A stretch of DNA of 64,000 nt from the NCBI GenBank assembly GCA_047495785.1, contig JBLDXI010000050.1, positions 62,001 to 126,000 on the forward strand, read 5' to 3'. This document shows, one piece after another, positions 25,641-37,100 of this stretch; position 1 is the stretch's first letter, and every line of letters starts with the position of its first letter. A program made the position numbers and the translations under genes. Origin of the DNA: Lepidodermella squamata. Its lineage: Eukaryota > Animalia > Gastrotricha. Below the pieces are notes generated by a model, which ran no database searches, had not been told where the DNA came from, and saw only the letters and a program-made list of their open reading frames with translations.

Positions 25641-26930
25641 TCAGCTCGTCATTTTTCTTATATAGACAGCATCGCAAATGAACCAAATCAACGTCATAGC
25701 AACACCTGTGATAATATCAGCTAATCTCAGGGCTGAAATCGGGATTTTCCCCCGGAAGTTGTACAACACCTTGACTTGGTCTTCGAAATGCTCGGCGAGT
25801 GTTACAGTGATCAGCATGTAAATTGTTATCACAACGCCTAAAATGAACTTTACAACAACCATTGAGACCAAATGAACGCTTTCAGATGTTTTCGGGATCA
25901 AACTGAAGACCATTGCAAGGTATACGGAATCAGCCAGGACCACAGTTACACCAAACGCAGGTCTATCAGGGTGGATTGGCGGCATGATCAAACCAGCGAT
26001 TTGGAGAAGATACAGCGAGAAAGTCGGGATAAAGATGTTGTAAGCGAAATAAACGTATTTCCTCTTGAAACTCAGAAAAAATTCGGCGTGGTGATACCCG
26101 AGGTGGTCATAGGCCAATTCTGTCCAGATCGTGTTGTTCAGAGGTAGCTCAATGTCCCAAATATCACTTTGGTCGATGAACAAGTCCGGGCTAGTCGCGA
26201 ATAGGTAGTCGGATTTGGTGAAATAGATCAAATCAGTCGATAATTCAGAGCTGATATCAATGCTGCAGGACAGAGTGTCGAAAGGGAATTTTTCGAACTT
26301 AAACATGCATGAGGAATCCACCATGCCGTAGGTAACCCATTGAGCCTCGTTTCTGCATGGGTATAGATCGATGATCTGCGATGTTTCTTCGAAAGGACGG
26401 GCTGATCTGTAGAAGTTTGAGTGCATGATCCTCGGGTGCCAAACTTCGTCGACAGATTTTGAGATGACAATATCGCCGATGTTAGGTTCTGCTCTTATGA
26501 TCTCAGCGCATATGTCTTTTGGGCAGAGCAGACGCCAGAAGAAGGTTATTTCTACTACAACCGACAGCCTAAGGAAGAAAATTGTGACTTGAAGTCCAAT
26601 AAATCCAAGAAAATTCCCAATTTACTCCTTAGACTTTTGTTCTAGGTTGTCAGTCAAAATAAATTTCTATAATCCGCATATAATTTTACTGAATTACGTT
26701 TGCTGTAGGTCGTCTATCCGGGCGAATCGGTTTAAGACGCTGCGAATCCGTATTTCAAGAGGCTTCGTGAAGTTGTTCTCAAACTGCAAATCCAGAGGTA
26801 CATTCATAGACAAAGCTCTTGGGCACAGCTCGTAGAGTCGCTGTTGCAACTCAGAGCTTGTCATTTCTATGCAGTAAGTCGAAGTTGATAGAAGTTGAGC
26901 GATCACAGAAAATATGATAGCTTTCATCAT
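25641..26930 (-). CDS. Cys-loop ligand-gated ion channel-like subunit, subgroup B (~386 aa; exons 26930-26698, 26568-25641)
   Basis: Signal peptide MMKAIIFSVIAQLLSTSTYC, WHPRIMHSN, Cys-loop CMFKFEKFPFDTLSC, four TM segments; 129-nt intron at the same site as in its tandem paralog. Confidence 0.9.
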
Positions 26931-27406
26931 CTTGTGTAGCTCCGATGAACAACAACGCGCAGCTCTAGCATTGCAAAGTGCAAATGGTCTATTCAATTGA
27001 TTTTATGTTAGCATCAAAAGTTGTAAGTTGCGTTCAATCGATAAATTCGATCTTGAGTTGCAATTCACGCAAATCTTCACTAGCTAGACCCAGATAGCCG
27101 GGATGGGCGCGGCGCTTAAACTGCAACCGCGCAGAACAGCGACAACTTTCTATGTAAAGGATACATCGTGACTCTGCTGTTACATATATCGCAAGTTAAA
27201 CATTTCACCGTTTGGTCGCGTTTGCTGTTTTTGGCGGCAACCTTGGTATAACTCAACAACTGCAACAACGTCAGTTTCCAACAGCAATTATTATTTTTTA
27301 TTTAGCGACTATGCACGACCATATCCCCATTAAGCTATACGTGTTACATTTGTCTTGATCCTTCGAATCCTCATCTCACCAGGTCGCCCTTTAATCATAT
27401 TGGCGT

Positions 27407-28220
27407 TTACAACTTGAATGCCGTGTAGCCATTGGGAAGAGCACCGCCGGTCGGGTTGCATGCACTGCTGACGACGCACTGCTGTATTGCGGGCGCGTAA
27501 GTGAACGCCTTGCACTTGGTATCATTCGAACACCGAATGGCGCAATCGGCAAATGTGGCCGTTTTGCTACTGGCGTATTCGTTACCACACATCATTTGGT
27601 TTTGCTTGTACTTTGCCAAAACTGAATAAAATTGGTTGAAAAATCACGCTTCGGACAACATAAGCCTTCAAAATGGGTCAGAGAAATAAATCTGAATTCG
27701 ATCGTGGCGTCTATGGGAATTAAACGTATAGACCTCGGGAATAAAAAGCTGAGGTAGAGATATACCGACAAGTCGGTGCATTTGAACGATTTTGAATAAA
27801 ATAAGGGAGACGGCATGTGGATCAAATACCTCTTGGTAGCTTTGATGTAGGAGATTGAGGAGAAATGAAACCATAACTCCATATGCCTTACCGGGATTTT
27901 TGCTCTTGGTGATGAACTGCGAGTAGGCAGCCGGGCCCTTGGGGTTGCATGCCGAAGCAAAATGGCACTGCCACTTTGTGGGGTCGTAGGCGAAGCCCTG
28001 GCAGGTCGAGCCAGCTTTGCTGCAGGCGAGAGCGCATTCGTCCCGAGATGTGCCATCCCAAGTTTTGTAGATTGGTGCACACGTGACGTTGCTGCGAACA
28101 AAGTCATCGATGGCTCCTGCAAAAGCACGAAAAAAATAGAAGATGCTTTTATAAAATGAGCTGCAACGCGTTACCAACGACAGCTACAAGAGCAAGAGCG
28201 GTAACAATGCGGCTGAGCAT
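27407..28220 (-). CDS. Small secreted protein with two PAN/apple-like domains (~161 aa; exons 28220-28175, 28116-27892, 27621-27407)
   Basis: Signal MLSRIVTALALVAVVGA; two repeats of C..ECAxxCS..CxxFxY..C...ACNP; phase-1 GT-AG introns join the frames. Confidence 0.8.
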
Positions 28221-28716
28221 GGTTGAAGACGAGCAAAATTTTAACGAGAAAATTCAACGTTGAGAAGAAGGTGAAATGAACTGATGCCGAGTTTCTTAAG
28301 TAACGAATAATTTAGCATGGAGCAGATAGGGAGTGTCAAGTTCATCTTCTTGATTATTTCAGTAAGTTTGACAGCAAAAATTTAATCACAGGTGAAGAAG
28401 GGGTGGAAAGTTTAGCTGTGGTAGAAACTAATGTGTGGGCCCGGAAATATATCTCAAACATGCTGGAGAACATAAAACCTTAATGCCCAGGTCAACGTGA
28501 CAGAAATCGTGATTTCACATGATTAATCTGTTTACAGCTACCCGCTACCCCTCACCCCAGTTACGTCACACGCCGCAAATGCACGCGAGTTGTAGTAGTG
28601 AGCCACCCACTCACGAGCATGAAGCAAAGATAAAAGGCATCATAGCATGCTCATCTCCAGTTCATTACAACAAAACCTTCTTCACACATACTTACACATC
28701 ATAGTAAAAAGAAACA

Positions 28717-29969
28717 ATGCTTTCGAAACTGCTGCTCGTTAATTCCTTCTTCGCACTCAGCAGCATCCTGGTCAGTGCTCAGTACGACGAAAATGGCGGT
28801 TAGTTGTAAACTCATCTTTCATCTATCATCATTCAACTCATTCATGAATAGACCGAATCTACTCCTGCCAAGCCACTGCCCCAGTCACGCCGGAATTCGC
28901 AGACCCGAAAGATTACCAATACGCATCGAGTCTCACCCAAATCTTCTCGTCCCATGTCATACCTTGCGATGGATATATCGTAGCTTGGCGTTTTGTCGCG
29001 AGGAATATCGCAATCAACCCAGGAGCTTACTTGGCCATCTTTAGACCAAGCACGCCCGGCGGCACCTATTACACCCTGGTGAACGCAACCGCCTTACAAA
29101 GGGTCCGCATCGATAACTACGACAACTATGTTGATAGAGACAATTACCGATTCATGTCAGAGATGCGGAAACCTAATGGCCAACTACCTCAATTAGGCGT
29201 ATTCCCAGCCTGGGTCGAGTTGAAGTTAGCCAGGGGTATGGAGGTTAAACAGGGTGACAAAATCGGGCTGTACTACAACGCTAAGGACACCCCTGATTCG
29301 CTAGTTACAATCCCATTCTGGAGGGGTCCTATTTTCAAGGGTCTATCCAGTGGAGCGCCCGGATCAGTGCCTCCGACATACGTGTTCTACAGGGACGCGA
29401 CTGATTTAGCGACACAGGGTGTTAACTTCGATGCATCCGTCACGTCGAAGGACTATCGTGATGTGGCTATAGTTGCGATTATTGGCGATAGGACTGGTTA
29501 TACTACGACTACCACATCTACTACAACAACTACTACTACAACTCCGAGTACTTCTAGAACTTCTACTACTCCGACGACTACTACGACAACCAGAGCCACT
29601 ACAACAACGACTACTACCCCAACAACTACGACTATGGAGGACACCCCTGAGCCGGAGACTGATGAGCCTACAACTGAATCGACTACTACAACAACTACGA
29701 CACGGCCGCCTAAAGTCACCACCACGACTACGACAACTACAACTACAACCACGCCTCCAACCACGACGAGAAGGACTACGACACCTGTAATGTCATCACC
29801 GACAACTACGTTGAGAACGACTACTACGACTCGAGCTACGACTACAACGACAACTCAAAGGCCGACTACAACTACGACAATGTGGACTCCGTTTTTCACA
29901 GTACGGACTACGACAAGGCGCTCGACTACGCCCCGGTGGACGACCATTGAATGGGATTATAGAGGCTAA
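28717..29969 (+). CDS. Secreted protein: globular N-terminal domain plus Thr-rich mucin tail (~399 aa; exons 28717-28798, 28852-29969)
   Basis: Signal MLSKLLLVNSFFALSSILVSA; DRIYSC..PCDGYIVAWRF domain shared with the next gene; poly-Thr C-terminal part. Confidence 0.85.
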
Positions 29970-30063
29970 AATATTGATGATTAATAAATATTGAGGATTA
30001 TATGTTACGGAAGATCTTCGATAATATATATGTGTGATGTGTTTAGAATTTTATTAAAAAAGA

Positions 30064-31410
30064 ATGATACGTTTCTGGAGATATCTCGGTCTCTTGTTTT
30101 ACCTTTTCGCTGCTGCTAATGCACAAGATTTCGACGAAAATGGAGGTAAAAATAACAATCATATAACTAAGGCGGAAGTTCATTGAGCCACCAAAATCTA
30201 TAAAATGCACAAAATTTTGAAAAATCTTGCCAATTTCCCCAAGACAGGACAGTATGGTATTTTGTTGAATTATTGAGCCCATTGATTTACTCATCGAAAA
30301 ACACATCTCATTTGCAAATTTAATTTTTTTAATTTTTATTTTCAGATTGAAATTGCCCAGAATTCAATTAAAACACAAATTTACTAAATTTCACCGGATT
30401 TTTGGATTTAAAATTAATTTTCCTATTTTTTTTTCATTTATTTGATGTGATTTTTACATTTGTATACATTTGAAGATCGAATTTACTCTTGTGAGACTAC
30501 CGTCCCTCAAAATGCTGAGATGGCTGACCCTATATTTTACAAATACGCCTCGCCATTCATTCAAGTGATGACCAGCCACACGGTTCCCTGCGATGGCTAC
30601 ATCACATCATGGCGATTCGTCTCCCGAACTGTCAACATCAACCCAGGAGCTCATCTCGCCATTTTCAGGAAAAACTCTCTCAACCAATTTACAATCACGC
30701 TAATTAACGACACACCTATTCAAAGGGTCCGACTTGACTCGGCGAGTGTGAAAGTTGGCAGTGATACGTATCGCCTAATGACTGAGCTGAAGTTCAATAA
30801 CAAAACGCAATCGATCGGAATTTTCCCTGCCTGGGTTGAGTTACATCTCGGCAAAGGCCTTGAAGTTCGACAGGGCGATATTCTAGCGATTTACTACGAT
30901 GCAAAAGAAACCCCTGAGACAATGCTGGCGATTCCTTACTACCGAGGTCCTGTTTTTTCTGGAGTAAGGGGCTTATCAAGCGGTGCTGCAGGGTCTGTCC
31001 CGCCAACGATGCTTTTCATGAAGGATCAGAATGATTTGTATGTCTACGGGAAGTCGTTGAACACCCAGGAGGCAGGTCTGGATTACCGAGATAATGCTCT
31101 GATTGCTGTGATAACGAGCCGGGCTATTACTACAACTACGAGCTCAACATCGACCACCACAGCAACTACAAGGACTACGACTTCAAGAGCTATTACTACC
31201 ACTACTACAACAGCCCCATTTGCTGATGTAACCGATGAGGAGACAGATTTTCCGACTACAACAACGACTCGGAGAACTACGGCTCCGAGAAGGACTACAA
31301 CCACTACGAAACAAACCACTACACAGGATGCAACTCCTACTGCGACAACTGGACGGCAAAGGATGACGAGGACTAGGACAACGACAGTCTTCGTAGCTTA
31401 TGACAGCTGA
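30064..31410 (+). CDS. Tandem paralog: secreted globular domain plus Thr-rich mucin tail (~338 aa; exons 30064-30145, 30476-31410; a tiny last exon is possible)
   Basis: Signal MIRFWRYLGLLFYLFAAANA; same intron position (DENG-D); PCDGYITSWRF, FPAWVEL and GLSSGAxGSVPPT conserved. Confidence 0.85.
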
Positions 31411-31997
31411 TTTCAGCATTCATCTTGACTTTTGTACATCATTTTACCGTTGACAAGTGGGATGTGTGGGCTTAATTATCACTTGAGTTTTTTCTAATCT
31501 CAGGCTTTCTAAGGGTCCTTGGCTTTTTATTTGGGGTTAAGGTAAACGGTACATTCTTCAGACTATGATCATTGAAACTCAACAAATCATATCATAAGTT
31601 TTGGTTAACTGGCAAAAATCTTTCTAAATTTTTTTCTGGCCAAATTTCAAATTAATTGAAAATGATCCGATATCTTTAGAATGGCATCAAAATCAAAATG
31701 TTTCAAGTCAAAAATTTTGCAAAATATCAATCCCAAATCAAAATTAGGCTCTAAGTTGATTCTGCGAAGCACTTAACCCCATTTCACTTGTCAGCAATTA
31801 TTGTGAATAAAACTGCATTCTTTCTCACTCGTGCGCGTTTTTTCATCTATTATCTCTGTGTATAGCCTGCAGTGTGTAATGAAAAGCATCCGAGTGCGTG
31901 CGTAGTTATACCATCTGCCTTATACTACGAACACCAGTACTACACAGCTATTCATCTCGTGTATAGTAGCATCGTCATACTGGCGTGCATCTATAAT

Positions 31998-33243
31998 ATG
32001 AAAAACGTGCTCGCAACCTTAATTGTTTTGCTGTTCTACGCTGTTGAGTTGGCGTACAGTCAATTGAGTCAAACCTACGGCCTACCTTGCAGTGCCAACT
32101 CGGAATGCAAGGGACCTAACGAAGACTGCTTTTACGCTACCCATCTGGTAAAACTGTCAAATCAAATCGATATTCGAATTTGGAATCATTATTTTTCAAT
32201 TGAAGGACCCGCCCTGCCAAAAAGGCGTATGCGCCTGTAAAAGCTGCTACAAGCTAGTCGATGGATCTTGTGTGAAAAGTAAGCATTCATCTTTCATCCT
32301 AAATACTAATGACAAAGTTCGACTTTTTAGAAAGCTATGTGAATAAAGTTGGGGATGTTTGCACGTCAAAGGCTGGCGAAATTATCACTGTTCCTAACGC
32401 ATTTTGCCCGAATCGAGGCACATTAAGCTGTAAAGTTGGCTCGAGTTCTGGCCCAGTTTGCCCTGGCAATTATTCTTGCGATTCAATACTCGGCGAGGCG
32501 GGTGAATGCTCCGGAGAAGCGACTTGCGATCGGAAAACAAAATCCTGTAAATGCGCGGAGGTCTACCTTAAATTTGACCCAGATCTTCAAATGTGTGTCC
32601 GACGAGAATACGGCGACTCCTGCTCGAAAAATGAGGAGTGCCAAGTTAAAGGGAAGCTCGATCGAAACGGAGAGCTGTCCGGCTTCACCAGCGTTAACGG
32701 AGCTTGCATCGATGGTCAATGCATGTGCGGGTCAGATTCTAAGCCGACGATAGTCAGTTTTCTAAGTCCGGTCACTCAACAGGTGGTTAGCAAGGTGATT
32801 TGCGTGAAAATCGCTGCGAAGGTCGATCTGCTTAGCAACAGCACGTGTGACATTGACCCGGTCGGTTGGAGTAATGAAGATGCTGTTCGGGTGTGCGCTT
32901 CGACCCACATTTGCAGGGCCTGCCCTGAAAACCTGGCTTCTCCAGGTTTCCGACGCACCCGAGATGGATTATGCCGTAAGAATTATAAATCACTGCTGAA
33001 CTTTTCTGAACTCTTTGAATAGGAAAAGTGATCACGTCAAAACTGGTTTCAGAGGAAACATGTGGCCGAAACAGCCCAGTACCAGTGAAGTCAACAATCT
33101 CGCCAACGGATCTGCTCAAGCAAGTTACAACTCAAAAACCAACATCCGGAAAAACAGCTAGCTCAGCTTCGAGGAACGCTATCGCTATTACCAGCTTAAC
33201 AATACTCACTGCTTGTTCATATTTGATCAAAATCCCGCTTTGA
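31998..33243 (+). CDS. Cys-rich (EB/EGF-like modules) putatively GPI-anchored surface protein (~362 aa; exons 31998-32147, 32206-32278, 32331-32975, 33023-33243)
   Basis: Signal peptide; YGxxCSxNxEC...CxC modules; S/T-rich stalk; terminal hydrophobic stretch after SSAS. All three GT-AG introns keep the frame. Confidence 0.8.
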
Positions 33244-33363
33244 TGATTTGTATTTCAAAACAATAAAATGGCTGAAAATCGTGATTTTTATTGATTGCTC
33301 GAATTATCTATCCTAAATGATTCTCAAAAGCTAAGTTTCTCACGGATTCCCTTGAGACTTTCC

Positions 33364-34401
33364 TCAAATTTTGCGAAAAACAGCGCAAATCGAACCGAAG
33401 TTATGGCCGAATTTACTCGGCTCCGCTACGACAAAACGTCGAAATTCGTCCCAGAAAAGCGACGTCACAAACTGCCGACCAGCCTCACTGCGGTACACCG
33501 AAAGGGCGTCACGAAAGTACCGCTCAAACAAACCAGCCATTGCGGTGATGTACTCATCAGCAAATTTGTTAACGTCCCCATGCTTCGCGAAATTTTGGTA
33601 AAAATCGCTGGTCGACAGCGGCAATTGCTCTGCCTTGATTAGCTCAAGCGAGTTGATAGTCGTTATGTCTTCGAATTGACGCCAGGCTATCGGGATGTTG
33701 AAGTTCAACAGCTCATTCTCTGTTATGACTTTCCGCTCAACGAGAAGCCAAGCGCACCAATACATGGCTTCGAAAACATCGGCGGCTGATTTAGTAGCAG
33801 TCCAAGTAGTTAAGACTAGAGTCCCTCCTCGCGCCAACTCATCGCTTCTGGCTCGTAGGAAACTGGTCCAATCCTCAGAGGCTTGGTGATTGAATGCGGC
33901 CAGCTCTTCGTCCGAAGCGAACAAAGACGTGCAGTGGCGGTTGATTTTAGCTGGCAGCTTTGATAGCCAACTCAAGCCTCCATTGCTCAAACCAAGATGA
34001 AGGCAGTTATCGGGTATGATTTGAGTTAAAGGGCTCAGACCAGACGCTAGGTAATTCGCGTTTTTGATTGCTTTCAAAACAGATTTCGTGCTCGATTGAT
34101 GGTAATCGAAAATTCTGCTCCAGTTCAAGTCAGCTCGGCCTTGTTCCGCATAAATGATTGAATGTATAGACTCATCGCCGTATTTTTCTCGCAAGGCATT
34201 GATAGCAGTAATAACTGATGAAGAGCTAGATTCGGGGGAAGTCACGCCGAAATTTGCGATGAAAAATGGCGAATTGTGAGAAATCTGGGCCGAGTGGTGC
34301 TCCACGGCTAGTAGAACGTGATTATTCAACATTTCGTTGTGCGGCTGGTCCTCGCACTCGTCCATTTCGTTTTTTGAGTTGAAACTTCCGGTAGAAAGCA
34401 T
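33364..34401 (-). CDS. SABATH/Methyltransf_7-like methyltransferase homolog with degenerate SAM-binding motifs (345 aa, intronless)
   Basis: Retains QASEDWTSFLRARSDELARGGTLVL and LSWLSKLP. Motif I reads IANFGVTSPES instead of IADFGSSTGAN. Confidence 0.8.
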   Translation of the reverse strand: MLSTGSFNSKNEMDECEDQPHNEMLNNHVLLAVEHHSAQISHNSPFFIANFGVTSPESSSSSVITAINALREKYGDESIHSIIYAEQGRADLNWSRIFDYHQSSTKSVLKAIKNANYLASGLSPLTQIIPDNCLHLGLSNGGLSWLSKLPAKINRHCTSLFASDEELAAFNHQASEDWTSFLRARSDELARGGTLVLTTWTATKSAADVFEAMYWCAWLLVERKVITENELLNFNIPIAWRQFEDITTINSLELIKAEQLPLSTSDFYQNFAKHGDVNKFADEYITAMAGLFERYFRDALSVYRSEAGRQFVTSLFWDEFRRFVVAEPSKFGHNFGSICAVFRKI

Positions 34402-34589
34402 TTTTCACTAACTGGTTTCACGCAGTGTTAGGAAGTATTTTTTGTTTTCCGTCTGTGGGCTAGCGGTCAGTGTCAGCTCAATGAATAAATTACTCGATAG
34501 CATTTCACAAAATTGGGATTCCTGAATACTCATTTCACGATACCTCAGCGTATGAAGAAGGATTCTCGAGCTGGGGGCAGGTGCTGGGG

Positions 34590-34719
34590 TGTCGCGACGC
34601 CCCAGCTCCGGGGCTCTAGCCAGAGGAAGGCTGAAAAACCACAGGGGGGACCCTTTGGTTTCTTTGCTGGGTCCTGGAAAACAAGTTGAAAACACTTCCG
34701 TATCCTACTTCGCACAGTG
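34590..34719 (-). repeat. Dispersed repeat family A copy
   Basis: Matches 10154-10298. Confidence 0.75.
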
Positions 34720-35204
34720 ATTCCAACCCTAATTTGAGTTCTAAAGACCTCAACTTTTCGGTTTCTCTGCTTGGACGTCTCGAATCTTGCAGGCAGAAAA
34801 TGATGATCTTAAGGGAGGAATGCAGTGAGAAACCCCGGATTCTACATTCATCAATTACTTCATTGCAACAGAGTGAAGCGAAATTTGAGCCTTCACTGGA
34901 GCATGGAATTTAGGCAGCTCGGTGCTTTTCTCGCTATGTGTGGCGGAAAAACTGAATTAAAACAATACCATAATTGAAAAAACACCGCAAAACTCGCAAT
35001 TGTGTGTAACAAAATGCTAAGAGTATGCATGTAACATTGTCACACGCTGTGAGATGTGCATTTCAAACAATAGAAATCTAGCTGTTTTTCGCACCAGATA
35101 TACTGCGCAATTATGTATGCGCACTTTTGCAACTCAGGCTCGAGATTTGACACTTGACAACACACGCGCCGGGTTGCATTTAATCATAGAGAGAGAAAGA
35201 GAAG

Positions 35205-36513
35205 ATGGAAACATCGGTAATTGTTTCCCACACTTGGCACATTATCAAGCTATGGCTCATTATCAATCTTGCAAAATATTCACAATCATCAGGTTTGATT
35301 ACTTACAGAATAATTCTTATTCAGAAAGTTAGTATAATGCATTCCTGTATTTTGTAGAAATGGTTTCTGGCGATTGGGAAGTTATGCAAAATACAAGATG
35401 CATTGGTGGCGAGAAGATAAAAAAGCCAGCTCATAGCATTTTATCATGCTCAGATTGGTGTCTGGCGAATCCTGACTGCACAGGCTTCAACGTTAACAAA
35501 TACGACGCGAGATGTGTCGCAAGATCTCATTGCGAAATGATTACGAGTGGCGACGCAACTTTCTATCGGAAACGGACAAGGAAGATAGAAGCAAAGAAAA
35601 TCATCGGTCAGTTTGAATATTTTCATCAAACCTCAAAATCAGAGTAACGGAATCACTTCATCAACTTCTAATTTTTTAATTAAATTAATTTTGCATTTTT
35701 TTATGAATTTATTTTATTTTAAATTCTTTTTTGAAGAAACCTATATCAACATCTTTAATTTCAGAATTTGTTGGGCTTTCTGACTAAATTCTCTGTTATT
35801 TATTGCCATATTATACGTTTAGACGTGACATTGTTCGACAAACCGGACTATGATGAGTACTACTTATTTCTCGATCCCGAGCAAACAACAGTAAAAACGA
35901 GGCGAACAACAACTACAACACCTGAGCCCTTTTCTACTTCCTCCCCACTTTGGGATGTTCAGGAAGGCAAGAAATGCAAAGGCGGCGCTCGGTTGGGCTT
36001 TATCAGCCTTAACAACGGCATTTGCGCAGCACTTTGCATGAAAATCGAAGACTGTACCGGGTTCAACGTTGAAAAGGACGGTTTTTGCACGGCTAGGAGT
36101 CGGTGTTCGATTGCCGACAGTGAGACAACGATTTTCTTCCGAAAACGAGAAGGCTCCCCTCCAGCTGGAGAACCTGTATTAGAAAAGGAAACGAAACCAA
36201 GTCGAGGAAAGACTCATATCCCCAAGATCCTGGAATGTAAGTTCCTTCGCTTTCAATTTTCGAGATCTTTGATTTCGCTCCATTTCCTATAGCTAAATGG
36301 GAGGTGAATAGGAAAATGCGGTGCATTGGTGGCAGTAAAGTCGGTCCTCAATCAAATGAAGCTGGGGATTGTGCTGAGGCGTGCCTTAAGGCCAAGGAAT
36401 GCGATGGCTACAATTTGAATGACAATGGGCAGTGCATTGCGAGGGCGAATTGTCAATTAGTTGATGACGACCGAGCAACTTTTATAAAGAAAAAACGTAT
36501 TGACGCTGAATAA
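35205..36513 (+). CDS. Secreted protein with three PAN/apple-like domains (~323 aa; exons 35205-35292, 35358-35606, 35823-36236, 36293-36513)
   Basis: Three repeats of W.V....CxGG......C...CL..xDCxGFNV....CxARxxC......F.K; phase-1 introns. Confidence 0.8.
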
Positions 36514-37100
36514 ATTAGAAAAACCTTGGAAGTTTGAGTGAATTTTAGATGCAATTTTTCCGGATATTTTATATCCCATTCACAATAAGAGACCTACTTG
36601 ATTACTATCTCATGGGCTTTTTTGTTTTTTTCCAAAATTTTGTTGGCCACGAAATATGACTTCCCCTCTCATTTTAGAGTTTCTCATCACTTTCATTCCC
36701 TTTGATTTCGTTACTTATGGTACACGCTGTGTTTCAGCCGAAAACCATGCGTAGTCGGCGCATTAAATTTTACCGAGGAAAATTCCAAGTCTCTCGGCCT
36801 TCACATGATACGCAGCTGATTAGCTAGATTCGACTTTTGACCACTGCAAGGTTGGACGTTTCAAGTCACATTTGGAGTTGTCGGGGGGCATATGACGTGG
36901 TTGTAATTCGCATTCATTAAGGAACGAGTACCTCGTGTTACTTGAAGTAGTAATATGTGGAATGCACGGACTTATAACTTCGAGCTTAACCCTTACTGAA
37001 CCACATTTTTCAAAAAATTAGCCATATCAAATTTCACCAGAAACAAAATAAGATAGCAATCTTACGCTTCTCTTATGAACTCTTGTCACTCGAAATAAAA

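Noticed and set aside
29498-31319. Poly-Val and poly-Leu ORFs
   Set aside because: Antisense and alternate-frame shadows of the Thr-rich mucin codons.
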